Below are positions 1-8,906 of a DNA stretch of 32,000 bases, one piece after another. This stretch comes from Candidatus Methylomirabilis limnetica. Lineage in GTDB: Bacteria; Methylomirabilota; Methylomirabilia; Methylomirabilales; Methylomirabilaceae. The translations under genes were made by a program, and so were the position numbers. Within the stretch, counting starts at the first letter, position 1; the number at the start of each line of letters is the position of its first letter. The DNA lies in assembly GCF_003044035.1 (NCBI RefSeq), contig NZ_NVQC01000026.1, forward strand, positions 30,001-62,000, given 5' to 3'. The notes under the pieces are model-generated. The model worked only from the letters and a program-made list of their open reading frames with translations. It had not been told where the DNA came from and did not search any database.

Positions 1-1
1 G

Positions 2-475
2 TGGGGACGATCAAATCTGCATCGTCTTCGCGCCGTTGGTGAGGTCGCCTGTTCGGGGCTACATGGTGCCAATCGCCTGGCCAGCACGTCCTTGTTGGAA
101 TGCCTGGTGTGGGGAACCCGGGCAGGCGAACAGACCGCAGCGTTCATCGCACGGGGTGAGGAGTATTATTTTCCCCAGATTGCGCCCTGGCGGTATGAGC
201 GTGAACCGGTTGATCCGGCGCTGATCGCACAGGACTGGCTCAGCATCCAACAGACCATGTGGAATTACGTGGGCCTCGTTCGCAGCGAAAAACGGCTGAA
301 CCGAGCCCACGAGATCCTGCGAGAGCTCCACCTTGAAATCTTGAGGTTCTACGAAAAGGCCGAGGTGACGGACGCAATGGTTGGCCTTCGTAACGGCATT
401 CAGACCGCGCTGGCCATCCTGCTGGCTGCCATGGAATGCCGCCAAAGCCTGGGCTGCCACTATCGCATCGATTGA
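2..475 (+). CDS. nadB: L-aspartate oxidase, C-terminal part (5' end lies outside the window)
   Basis: Frame +2 is open from the window edge to the TGA at 473-475. The translation ...VGEVACSGLHGANRLASTSLLECLVWG...MWNYVGLVRSEKRL...CRQSLGCHY matches the conserved C-terminal region of NadB flavoproteins. Confidence 0.85.
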   Translation, partial: WGRSNLHRLRAVGEVACSGLHGANRLASTSLLECLVWGTRAGEQTAAFIARGEEYYFPQIAPWRYEREPVDPALIAQDWLSIQQTMWNYVGLVRSEKRLNRAHEILRELHLEILRFYEKAEVTDAMVGLRNGIQTALAILLAAMECRQSLGCHYRID

Positions 476-499
476 GAAGAGTCTGAAGGAGCGCGCTGA

Positions 500-1531
500 A
501 TGAAAGCGGTTCGATTCCACGAGCACGGAGGGCCGGAGGTCCTGAGGTACGAAGATGCCCCCGATCCCACCATTGCCCCGCATGAGGTGCTGGTGAAGGT
601 GAAGGCCTGCGCCTTAAATCACCTGGATCTCTGGTGCCGAAAAGGGATGCTCGGGATCACGATCCCCCTGCCCCACATCTGCGGTTCCGACATCGCCGGT
701 GAGGTGGCGGCGGTGGGGAGCATCGTGACCCGTATTACGCCAGGTCAACGGGTAGTAGTATCACCAGGGGTAAGCTGTGGCCAGTGCGTTCACTGCCTGT
801 CCGGCCACGATAATCTCTGCCACTCCTACCAAATTATCGGCGGCTACCGGATAGACGGTGGATACGCGGAGTACGTGAAGGTCCCGGAGGTCAACATCCT
901 GCTCATGCCGGAAGGTATGTCCTTCGAAGCTGCGGCGGCGTTCCCGCTCACGTTTCTCACCGCCTGGAACATGCTGGTGAATCTCGCGCATGTGAAAAGG
1001 GGTGATGAGGTGCTGGTGATGGGGGCTGGGAGTGGGGTTGGAAGCGCCGCTATCCAGATTGCCAAGCTGCTCGGCGCTCACGTTATCGCTGCTGCCGGCG
1101 GCGACGAGAAGCTTGATAAGGCCAGGGCGCTTGGCGCGGATGACGGGATCAACTATGCCGGCCAGGATCTGGTCGCCGAGGTGCGGCGCCTCACGGCAAA
1201 GCGAGGAGCGGACGTGATCTTCGAGCATGTGGGGGGCGCTGTGTTCGAGAAGCTGATTCCAGTCCTGGCCACCGGGGGCCGCCTGGTGACCTGCGGCGCG
1301 ACAGCCGGCCACCTGGCTCAGACCGATATCCGGTACCTCTTCATGCGGCAGGCGTCGATCATGGGCGGCTTCATGGGACCGAAGGCCGACCTGCTGCAGA
1401 TCGTGCGGGAGATAGAGCGCGGAACGCTTAAGCCGGTAGTGGATCGCGTATTCCCGCTCAAAGACGCCTCAGAGGCGCAACGCGCGATGGAGGATCGCAA
1501 GCTGTTCGGTAAGCTGGTCCTGGTAGTGTAG
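500..1531 (+). CDS. Zinc-containing medium-chain dehydrogenase/reductase (alcohol dehydrogenase / quinone oxidoreductase family)
   Basis: 343-aa ORF with aaggag 8 nt upstream of the ATG. Structural-zinc motif CGQCVHCLSGHDNLC, GSDIAGEV, and Rossmann motif VMGAGSGVGSAAIQ. Confidence 0.8.
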   Translation: MKAVRFHEHGGPEVLRYEDAPDPTIAPHEVLVKVKACALNHLDLWCRKGMLGITIPLPHICGSDIAGEVAAVGSIVTRITPGQRVVVSPGVSCGQCVHCLSGHDNLCHSYQIIGGYRIDGGYAEYVKVPEVNILLMPEGMSFEAAAAFPLTFLTAWNMLVNLAHVKRGDEVLVMGAGSGVGSAAIQIAKLLGAHVIAAAGGDEKLDKARALGADDGINYAGQDLVAEVRRLTAKRGADVIFEHVGGAVFEKLIPVLATGGRLVTCGATAGHLAQTDIRYLFMRQASIMGGFMGPKADLLQIVREIERGTLKPVVDRVFPLKDASEAQRAMEDRKLFGKLVLVV

Positions 1532-1581
1532 TCAAGAGACAGACCGGTAGATGGGTGGAGCGTGAGGTCAGGAGGAGTACC

Positions 1582-2334
1582 ATGACGCTGAACATCGCGC
1601 ATCGGGGGGCTGCGGCGCTTGCGCCCGAGAATACGATGGCGGCCTTTGCAATGGCGGTCGAGTTGGGGGCCGATGCCATCGAGTTGGACCTTCACGTAAG
1701 CCGCGATGGCGAGCTGGTCGTCATTCACGATAACACGCTCGATCGGACCACCGATGGTGAGGGACCGGTTCATGCGCGTAGCCTGCAGGAGCTCAAGCAA
1801 CTGGATGCCGGTCGATGGTTTGGCGAGAGCTTTGCCGGTCAGCGTATCCCGACCCTCGATGAGGTCCTGGATCGTTTCTCCGGAAAGGTCCCGCTCGCGC
1901 TTGAGATCAAGGCAGGGTCAGCCTTTTTTCGCGGCATTGAGGAGCGGGTGGTAGCGGTCCTGCGTGAGCATCGGGTCGTCTCACGGGTCGCTGTCGCGTC
2001 CTTCGATCATCATGCACTACTGCGGCTGAAGGAACTGGAGCCCTGCCTTCGGACCGGCGCTTTGCTCGTGGGGCGGCCGGTATCAATGTCCGCAGTAGCC
2101 GGCCCCAGCAAGGCAGATGCCATGGCCCTCGAGTTCAGCCTTGTCACGAAAACAGAGATCGATGCCTGCCGCGCCGCCGGGCTTCAGCTTGTTGTCTGGG
2201 TAGTAAATGAGCCTGCTCAGATGCGCCACTTTATCGATCTCGGGATAGACGGAATCATCACCGACAGCCCAGACCTGTTGCGTCAGGTCCTGAGCGAACA
2301 GCGCGAGTCCCCGCAGGATTTAAAGAGTGAGTAA
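1582..2334 (+). CDS. Glycerophosphodiester phosphodiesterase (GDPD family)
   Basis: ATG at 1582 is preceded by ggaggag (1571-1577). NIAHRGAAALAPENT and ELDLHVSRDGELVVIHDNTLDRTT are GDPD catalytic motifs. The ORF-track start at 1555 is an upstream in-frame alternative. Confidence 0.8.
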   Translation: MTLNIAHRGAAALAPENTMAAFAMAVELGADAIELDLHVSRDGELVVIHDNTLDRTTDGEGPVHARSLQELKQLDAGRWFGESFAGQRIPTLDEVLDRFSGKVPLALEIKAGSAFFRGIEERVVAVLREHRVVSRVAVASFDHHALLRLKELEPCLRTGALLVGRPVSMSAVAGPSKADAMALEFSLVTKTEIDACRAAGLQLVVWVVNEPAQMRHFIDLGIDGIITDSPDLLRQVLSEQRESPQDLKSE

Positions 2335-2463
2335 CTACTCAACTCGCCTTGATCCCGCAGCGTAGTATTTTAAGACCGCACCTGCCATTCAGGGGCGTCG
2401 TGGCGTAGGCGCGACCATCTCGTCAGCAGGAGAAGAGGTCGCTGGAAGTTGAAGGAGCGCGGA

Positions 2464-4197
2464 ATGGCGGGTACAGGTACTGCCACAAACCAAGGCCTTG
2501 ACCGACCCTGGTTCGCCCACTATGACCAATGGGTTCCAACGCGCCTCGAGTATCCGGATATCCCGCTCCACTGCTTCCTCTTCGCCTCCGCCCAGAAGTA
2601 CCCGGATCGGGACGCGATCATCTTCTATGGCAAGAGGATCACCTATCGTGCCCTGGACGAGGCCGTCACACGGTTTGCCGCCGCCCTCGCAGACCGCGGG
2701 CTGGCGAAGGGCGATAGAGTCTCGCTCTTTCTCCCGAACTGTCCTCAGATGGTTATCGCCTACTACGGCACACTGCGCGCCGGATGTCTCGCGGTCTCGA
2801 CCAGCCCGCTCTACTCCACGCGGGAGCTTGAGCACCAACTGAATGACTCCGGCGCCGAGACCATCGTCGTGTTGTCGAAGCTCTACCCGCTCGTCAAAGA
2901 GGTCGCCCCAAAGACCGGCCTCAAGCGGATCATCGTCACGAATATCAAAGAGTACTTCCCGCCCTTGCTCCGGTTGCTCTTCACCCTCCTGAAGGAGAAG
3001 CGGCAGGGGCACCGGCCTGCAGTGGAGCGAAGACCGGGGACAGAGTGGTTCTCAGAGATGCTGACCTCCGCTCCCGCGAAGCCCCCCGCCACCACAGTCG
3101 GCCCGGATGACCCAGCGCTGCTGCAGTACACCGGCGGCACGACAGGGTTGTCCAAGGGGGCCGTGCTCACGCACAGGAATCTGGTGGCCAACACGATGCA
3201 AACGGGCGCTTGGCTGATGAAGCCTGTCCTGAGCCCAGTCGAAGGGAAGAACGACGGGATCGAGATCTTCCTTGGGGCGATCCCCTTCTTCCACGTCTAT
3301 GGGATGACGGTGGTGATGAATCTCTGCATCTCGCTGGGCCACACGATGGTACTCTTGCCGCAGTTCAAGGCGCAGGAAGTCCTGGAGACGATCTCCAAAT
3401 ATCGTCCCACCATCTTCCCCGGTGTTCCAACGATGTACGTCGCCATCAATAATTACCCGGAGGTGGGCAGGTACGACCTCCGTTCGATCAAGGCCTGCTT
3501 GAGTGGGGCTGCGCCACTACCGATCGAGGTGCAAACCAGGTTCGAGACGTTGACCGGCGCTCGTCTTGTGGAAGGGTACGGCCTGACCGAGACCTCTCCG
3601 GTCACACACGCGAACCCGCTCTTTGGCGCCAGGAGGGTCGGGACGATCGGGCTGCCGCTCCCAGATACCGACGCCAGGATCGTCGATCTGGAGAGCGGCG
3701 AGCGCACGCTGCCGCCAAAGGAGATCGGTGAGGTGGTGGTCAAGGGCCCCCAGGTGATGGCAGGGTATTGGAATCAGTCGAGCGAGACCGCCATGGTATT
3801 ACGGGATGGATGGTTGTACACGGGCGACATCGGCTATATGGATGAGCAGGGCTACTTCACCATTGTGGACCGCAAAAAAGAGCTGATCATCGCGGGTGGC
3901 TTTAATATCTATCCCCGGGAGGTTGAAGAACCCCTGTATGAGCATCCAAAGGTCAAAGAGGTAGTGGCGGTGGGCCTGCCTGACCCATACCGTGGGGAGA
4001 CGGTGAAGGTCTACATCGTTCTGAAAGAGGGTGAGCGCGCCACCGAGCAGGAAATTACCGACTTTTGCAAGCAGAGGATGGCAAAGCACAAGGTTCCTAC
4101 CCTGGTGGAGTTCAGGCAGGAGCTACCAAAAACACTCGTGGGTAAGGTGCTCCGGCGCGTCTTGCGCGAAGAAGAGATGGCCAAGCGGATATCGTGA
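2464..4197 (+). CDS. fadD: Long-chain fatty acid--CoA ligase (adenylate-forming AMP-binding enzyme)
   Basis: ATG at 2464 with gaaggag 6 nt upstream. AMP-binding signature LLQYTGGTTGLSKGAVLTH, GYGLTE, TGDIGYMDEQGYFTIVDRKKELI, and C-terminal KVPTLVEFRQELPKTLVGKVLRR. Confidence 0.8.
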   Translation: MAGTGTATNQGLDRPWFAHYDQWVPTRLEYPDIPLHCFLFASAQKYPDRDAIIFYGKRITYRALDEAVTRFAAALADRGLAKGDRVSLFLPNCPQMVIAYYGTLRAGCLAVSTSPLYSTRELEHQLNDSGAETIVVLSKLYPLVKEVAPKTGLKRIIVTNIKEYFPPLLRLLFTLLKEKRQGHRPAVERRPGTEWFSEMLTSAPAKPPATTVGPDDPALLQYTGGTTGLSKGAVLTHRNLVANTMQTGAWLMKPVLSPVEGKNDGIEIFLGAIPFFHVYGMTVVMNLCISLGHTMVLLPQFKAQEVLETISKYRPTIFPGVPTMYVAINNYPEVGRYDLRSIKACLSGAAPLPIEVQTRFETLTGARLVEGYGLTETSPVTHANPLFGARRVGTIGLPLPDTDARIVDLESGERTLPPKEIGEVVVKGPQVMAGYWNQSSETAMVLRDGWLYTGDIGYMDEQGYFTIVDRKKELIIAGGFNIYPREVEEPLYEHPKVKEVVAVGLPDPYRGETVKVYIVLKEGERATEQEITDFCKQRMAKHKVPTLVEFRQELPKTLVGKVLRRVLREEEMAKRIS

Positions 4198-4336
4198 GTC
4201 AGGTAGATAGACTGAAGGCTGTTAGGGGTAATCATGCGTGATTATACAAAACTCCGAAAAGATCTTGGATGGCTCTATTCGTGCCTTGCGAGATAATTTA
4301 GAACCTTCAGCCTGCAGTCTAAACACCTTGTAGCTA
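4195..4336 (+). mobile_element. Family-1 miniature cassette, copy a: (ctgaagg)-type inverted arms around a remnant four-helix-bundle gene
   Basis: Aligns by eye with 18599-18759 and, in reverse complement, with 30465-30593. Arms agactgaaggctg / cagccttcag..cagtct pair 12/13. The interior keeps ATG-CGT-GAT-TAT-ACA-AAA-CTC (MRDYTKL) and ..LDGSIRALRDN. The left end overlaps the fadD stop codon and is more diverged than in copy b. Confidence 0.6.
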
Positions 4337-4375
4337 TAAGAAGCGAATGGTTGAACTCTATTTAAGGTCTTATCG

Positions 4376-7144
4376 ATGACGATCCGAAAACTGCTCTCTG
4401 CCACGGTTCTCAGCTATCCGCGGACTGCACTGGTCCTGGCGGCGATCTTGTCCATCCTGTCAGTCCTGATAGCGATTCAGCGTCTGAGATTCACATCCAC
4501 GCATGATGCGCTGTCCTCTCTCAACGGGAGGATGGGTCAGGTTCAAGAACGATATAACCGGGCATTTGGCGATCCGGACAGAGCGGTCATCGTCATCGAG
4601 GCCAAGAATCGGGAACAGGCCAAGCGCTTCGCCACCGCACTCGCCAAGCGGCTGAAGGCTATGACTACGGATATCGAGGAGGTCACTTACCGCTTCGACC
4701 TCAGGTCATTGGAGGACCGTTTCCTCATGTACCTTTCCCCTGAAGCGCTGATTGATCTGAAGGGTAAGCTCCATGCGCATCGCGCAATGCTGGAGGAACT
4801 GTCTACCGATCCGGGCTTAAACCGCCTGTTCCAGATCATCCGTCGAGAGATCAGCGCCGCTCTGGTGGGTCACCTGTTTACCGGCTTTCTGGAAGAGCAA
4901 GAGGGTGAGGTAAAGCGTCCAGTTGAACTGGGCCCGCTCCTGAAGCTGCTCACGCAACTGAACGCCTGGGCCGCTGCTCCACGGACCTATACGTCACCAT
5001 GGAGTCAGTTCTTCGTAGAGGCCGACGAGAATGGCGATCGGGAAGGGTACCTGTGGTCCAGCAACAAGCAGTTCCTGTTCGTCCTGGCCAACGTGAAGGC
5101 GGACACCACGAACTTGCTCAAGTTCGAGCGACCGATCAAAGGGATCCGCAAAGAGATCCGGTTGCTGCAGTCACAGTATCCCGAGGTCAAGGCCGGCGTA
5201 ACCGGGAGTCCGGCCCTCGAGTATGATGAGGTCGCCGCCGCTCAGCGCGATTCCGGCCTGATGACCGCCATCTCACTCCTCGGCGTGGCCCTGCTGGTGG
5301 TGGTGGCCTTTCGCAGTGTGGCAAGACCCCTGATGGGGATCCTCGCCCTCGTCATGGGTGTCTGCTGGGCGTTCGGGTTTGCCGCCGTCACGGTTGGCCA
5401 TCTGAACATGCTGTCGATGGTCTTGGCGCCACTGCTGATCGGGATCGGAATGGACTACGGGATCCATCTCCTGGCCCGGTACGAAGAGGAGCGAGGCGCG
5501 GGCCATTCCATCCAGCAGGCGTTGGAGCAGGCCTTCGAGGGCGCTGGTCCCGGCATCCTCCATGCTGCGTTGACAACCTCTGTGGCTCTTTTTACTCTTA
5601 TCCTCACGGGGATTGGCGTTTTACAGGAGTTGGGCGTGATCACAGGGTGCGGCCTGCTACTTACGCTGATCTCGACCTTCGTGGTCCTCCCACCATTGCT
5701 CATGTTATGGGATAAGCGGCCTGCCATGAGCTCTGTTGAAGGGATGGTCTACGAAGCGCACGCGCCGCGCAGGCTGCTACCTAGACCTCCAGATTTTCTG
5801 GAGTTCTGCTATCGGTGGCCTCGTGCCGTCCTTGCGCTGTCCACGATCGGCACGCTGGCCGCCCTGTATGCGGTGAACAGTCTGGAATTCGACGGTAACG
5901 TCCTCCGCCTTCAGGCGGAAGGAACCGAGTCGGTGACCTGGGAGCTGAAGATCATCCGGCAATCCGAGCGCTCGATCTCCTACGGGGTGATCCTGGCCAA
6001 GAGCCTCGAAGAGGTAAGAGAGAAGAGTTTGGCCCTCGAGGCCCTTCCTTCTGTGAGCGAAGTGGAGAGCATCGCGATGGTCATCCCAAAGGATCAGGAA
6101 CGAAAGCTGCAGTTGGCTCGCGAGATCAGTCCCATCCTGGTTGGGGTGAATCTCGCGCAACTTCCCGCACCGGCCCCGGTTGATCTGGATGAGCTGCTTC
6201 TCACGCTGCAGCGGATCAAGGCAAAGATGCTGACGGCTGATGACGCCAAGAACTGGACCGGAGCGGACAAGCCGCCCCTGGAGCCGATGACGCGGGTGCG
6301 AAGCCTGATCGATCAGTTCGAGCGGCTGCTCCAGCGGCACGAGCATGAAGAGATCCGTCAGAGACTTTCCACCTTTCAGGCCAAACTGTTTCAGGATTTC
6401 CATGGCAAGGTGTCGCTCCTCGCCAGGGCAATAGCTTCTGGTCCGGTCGAGCTCGATGATCTGCCAAGTGATCTGAAAAAACAGTTCGTTGGGCGGGATG
6501 GTTCGTATCTGCTCCGAGTATACCCACGAGGCGATCCGTGGGAACTCGCCTCTCAGGCCGTGTTCGTGAGTGACCTGAGAAGGGTTGATCCTGACGCCAT
6601 CGGCGACCCGGTAAAGGGGTACGAGATCATCACCGCGATGAAGCGAGGGTATCAGCAGGTGGGGATCTATACCTTGATCGGAGTTGCCGTGCTGTTCTTA
6701 CTGAACCTGCGCGACCTGCGCTACTTCCTGCTGGCCAAGGTCCCGTTTCTGGTTGGAGCTGTCTGGACCGCCGGCCTGATGTACGTGTTTGAGTTGAAGT
6801 TCAACCTGGCCAACTTGATCATCATCCCACTGCTCGTAGCGCCCGGAGTGGAAAACGGTCTGTTGATCATCCATCGCTTCCGGGAGGAGGCGGAGGCCTC
6901 CGTGCTGCCAAGGAGCACCGGGAAGGGCGTGGTGCTCTCGTCCCTGACGACCATGATCGGCTTCGGTAGCCTGCTGATTGCTCATCACCGCGGCGCATAC
7001 AGCATCGGTCTCCTGGTGACGCTGGGCGTCGGGGCCGTCCTGGTCGTCTCTGTGATCGTGTTGCCAGCCCTCCTGACCGTTGTTGCAAGACGGCCATCAA
7101 AAAGCACGATCATCCCGAGCCCTGACTTCCAGGTCCCGAGTTGA
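4376..7144 (+). CDS. MMPL/RND-superfamily membrane exporter (HpnN-like architecture)
   Basis: 922 aa with two blocks of clustered hydrophobic helices separated by large soluble regions. The motif GMDYGIHLLARYEEE is typical of MMPL/HpnN-type transporters. The second block ends ...LTTMIGFGSLLIAHHRG. Confidence 0.7.
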   Translation: MTIRKLLSATVLSYPRTALVLAAILSILSVLIAIQRLRFTSTHDALSSLNGRMGQVQERYNRAFGDPDRAVIVIEAKNREQAKRFATALAKRLKAMTTDIEEVTYRFDLRSLEDRFLMYLSPEALIDLKGKLHAHRAMLEELSTDPGLNRLFQIIRREISAALVGHLFTGFLEEQEGEVKRPVELGPLLKLLTQLNAWAAAPRTYTSPWSQFFVEADENGDREGYLWSSNKQFLFVLANVKADTTNLLKFERPIKGIRKEIRLLQSQYPEVKAGVTGSPALEYDEVAAAQRDSGLMTAISLLGVALLVVVAFRSVARPLMGILALVMGVCWAFGFAAVTVGHLNMLSMVLAPLLIGIGMDYGIHLLARYEEERGAGHSIQQALEQAFEGAGPGILHAALTTSVALFTLILTGIGVLQELGVITGCGLLLTLISTFVVLPPLLMLWDKRPAMSSVEGMVYEAHAPRRLLPRPPDFLEFCYRWPRAVLALSTIGTLAALYAVNSLEFDGNVLRLQAEGTESVTWELKIIRQSERSISYGVILAKSLEEVREKSLALEALPSVSEVESIAMVIPKDQERKLQLAREISPILVGVNLAQLPAPAPVDLDELLLTLQRIKAKMLTADDAKNWTGADKPPLEPMTRVRSLIDQFERLLQRHEHEEIRQRLSTFQAKLFQDFHGKVSLLARAIASGPVELDDLPSDLKKQFVGRDGSYLLRVYPRGDPWELASQAVFVSDLRRVDPDAIGDPVKGYEIITAMKRGYQQVGIYTLIGVAVLFLLNLRDLRYFLLAKVPFLVGAVWTAGLMYVFELKFNLANLIIIPLLVAPGVENGLLIIHRFREEAEASVLPRSTGKGVVLSSLTTMIGFGSLLIAHHRGAYSIGLLVTLGVGAVLVVSVIVLPALLTVVARRPSKSTIIPSPDFQVPS

Positions 7145-7198
7145 AAGCGCCCATGTACGCGTTGAACCAGGAACTTGAAACATCGAACGAAAAACAGT

Positions 7199-7380
7199 AA
7201 TGAACTACCCCGCAGCAAGCCGCGGGGTATCGTCTTCTGTTCTAGCCCGTCATTCCGTGCTTGACACGGAATCCAGTCGGACCCTCTGGATACCGGCGCC
7301 TGCCCCGGACCCCGATCCTGGGTCCGCCGGTATGACGAACTCGCGGCGAGCCGCAGGGAATGAACCCCCAGTGGTTTCAA
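7199..7380 (+). repeat. Family-2 structured repeat (182 bp), copy A
   Basis: Matches the reverse complement of 29024-29205 with about ten substitutions and no indels, counted by eye. Contains nested hairpins: ccccgcag/ccgcgggg, attccgtg-cttga-cacggaat, and ataccggcg...cgccggtat enclosing ggaccc/gggtcc. The octamer aatgaac(t/c) occurs at both ends. The repeat ends 15 nt before the ATG at 7396. Confidence 0.85.
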
Positions 7381-7395
7381 CAAAGGAGAGGTGAC

Positions 7396-8052
7396 ATGTC
7401 AGGTGCGATGAGGTTGACTGTGCGAACAGGAGTGCTAAGCGGAGCCATAGCCGTGGTGTGGCTGGTTTTTGCGGCTTTCGCCTTAGCGAGCGAAACAACT
7501 GATCAGGTGAAGACCGAGCTGGATCACCTTACGGGCATCGTGAAGGACCCGGCCTTACAGGAGAAGGCAAAGGAAGAGGCGCGGAAGTCGATGGTCAAGG
7601 GGCGGATCGTACGCTGGTTCGACCTGCAGGAGATGGCGCGCCGCTCTCTGGCCAGCCACTGGGCAAAGAGATCAGTTGAGCAGCGAAAGGATTTCGTTGA
7701 GCTGTTCGGGGACCTGTTCGTAGAGTCTTATACCACGTTAGTGGTCGATCATCTCGGCGATCAGCAGGTAACCTACCTCTCGGAGAAGATCGATGGGCGG
7801 GACACCATCGTCAGCACAAAGTTCCTCTCAAAACGGAATGAGCCGACCTTTGTTGACTTCGCCCTCCTTCGTCGAGGCAGCGCCTGGGTTCCCTACGATG
7901 TGGTAATCGACGAGGTGAGCATCGTGGGAAATTACCGAACCCAGTTCGATAAGGTCATACGGGACAAGTCGTACGAAGACCTCGTCAAGAAGATGCGCCT
8001 CAAGCGGGAGGCGGAGGAGCTAGGATCAACAGCAAAGAAGGGGTCGATGTAA
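7396..8052 (+). CDS. MlaC/Ttg2D-family phospholipid-binding protein (signal peptide present)
   Basis: ATG at 7396 with aaggagag upstream. Hydrophobic N-terminus VLSGAIAVVWLVFAAFALA. WVPYDVVIDEVSIVGNYRTQFDKVI matches the MlaC/toluene-tolerance Ttg2D signature. Confidence 0.7.
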   Translation: MSGAMRLTVRTGVLSGAIAVVWLVFAAFALASETTDQVKTELDHLTGIVKDPALQEKAKEEARKSMVKGRIVRWFDLQEMARRSLASHWAKRSVEQRKDFVELFGDLFVESYTTLVVDHLGDQQVTYLSEKIDGRDTIVSTKFLSKRNEPTFVDFALLRRGSAWVPYDVVIDEVSIVGNYRTQFDKVIRDKSYEDLVKKMRLKREAEELGSTAKKGSM

Positions 8053-8178
8053 GCCCCCCGCGCTGCCCTTTATTGCGTCTATTGCGTGCGACGTCTATAG
8101 CGTCTGTTGCGTGCACTATTTACTGCGTCGTTGCGTCTATTGGCCTATCTCGAAACTCGAAACTATAAGCGTCTGACC
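8053..8178. repeat. Array of degenerate 8-9-mers (tattgcgtc / tatagcgtc type) in a convergent intergenic spacer
   Basis: The sequence ttattgcgtc tattgcgtg cgacgtc tatagcgtc tgttgcgtg ... tactgcgtc gttgcgtc tattggcc is directly visible. The same unit types (cattgcgt, and ctatagacg in reverse complement) recur at 23700-23796. Confidence 0.7.
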
Positions 8179-8181
8179 GGC

Positions 8182-8647
8182 TCAGGCCCCGCCCATGCCG
8201 GCTCGATAGGCATCTCCGGATTCGTAGTAATCAAGCCCGGAGTGGTCAAGCACCTCTTCCCCGACCAGGATGCGCAAGGTATTTGTCAGCTTCAGATGTT
8301 GGATGAACAGGTCATGCTCTGGCTTCAGGTCCGCTCGGGCCATCGGAGACTTGAAGTAGAACGAGAGCCACTCCTGAATGCCCGATAATCCGGCCCGTTG
8401 GGCCAGGTCCAGAAACAGTGCCAGATCAAGGGCTACCGGCGCTGCCAGGATGGAGTCCCGACAGAGGAAGTTGATCTTGATCTGCATCGGCTGACCGAGC
8501 CAACCGAAGATGTCGATGTTATCCCACCCCTCTTTGGCATCGCCCCGCGGCGGATAATACTCAATGCGGACCTTGTGGAACACCTTGCCATACAGATCCG
8601 GATAGAGCTCCGGCTGCAGGATCGCGCCCAGAACCGAGCTCTTGCTC
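8182..8647 (-). pseudogene. ino1: Displaced 3' fragment (last ~155 codons plus stop) of the myo-inositol-1-phosphate synthase gene
   Basis: 8179-8647 is collinear with 15986-16454 (469 bp, about ten substitutions, no indels, counted by eye). The reading frame and stop are preserved, but there is no 5' part: homology stops abruptly at 8647/8648. Confidence 0.85.
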
Positions 8648-8906
8648 TTAGCACCAGCGCAAGGCGGGAGAGCGTTCGCATACCGCGTACTCTAGCGCAG
8701 CTTGCGAATAGCGCGTTCGCGAATTACCGTTCATGGCCAGGTTCAGCCGACCACCAACGTGAATTTTAATCAGTTGGATTCGCCCGCCTGCCGCCCTGAT
8801 TGCAGCAATGCGCACCCGGCTGAACGTGAAGTACGGTGACGTCTGCGGACGCGGACGACGCTTGAGATTGGGCCCTGCCATTGGCGTCAAGCCACCTGCT
8901 GCCCGG

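Noticed and set aside
508-518. The sequence ggttcgattcc looks like a tRNA T-arm/T-loop.
   Set aside because: It lies at codons 3-7 of the dehydrogenase gene (KAVRFH). No acceptor or anticodon stems can be built around it.
3221-3262. The fadD segment gcctgtcctgagcccagtcgaagggaagaacgacgg (PVLSPVEGKNDG) resembles the dispersed-repeat remnant at about 15950-15975 and generic PVLS.VEG / RGNDG repeat translations. This suggested an in-frame repeat insertion.
   Set aside because: The match is only about 20 nt. The region is a variable loop of acyl-CoA ligases, and the protein is only about 7 residues longer there than the E. coli FadD sequence as I recall it. There is no flanking duplication or hairpin partner, so the evidence is insufficient.
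7200-7394. ORFs MNYPAAS.GVSSSVLARHSVLDTESS..WIPAPAPD..GSAGMTNS are open in both family-2 copies (also 28803..29204).
   Set aside because: The roughly ten differences between the copies split about evenly between synonymous and non-synonymous changes. The sequence is dominated by nested hairpins. Such translations are typical of dispersed structured repeats. They are treated as non-coding.
8648-8906. Left edge of the island, including ORF 8648..8890 (80 aa). Could it be an integrase or transposase remnant, or an att site?
   Set aside because: No recognisable motif appears in any frame, and I could not see inverted repeats or similarity to the right edge. It is left unannotated.
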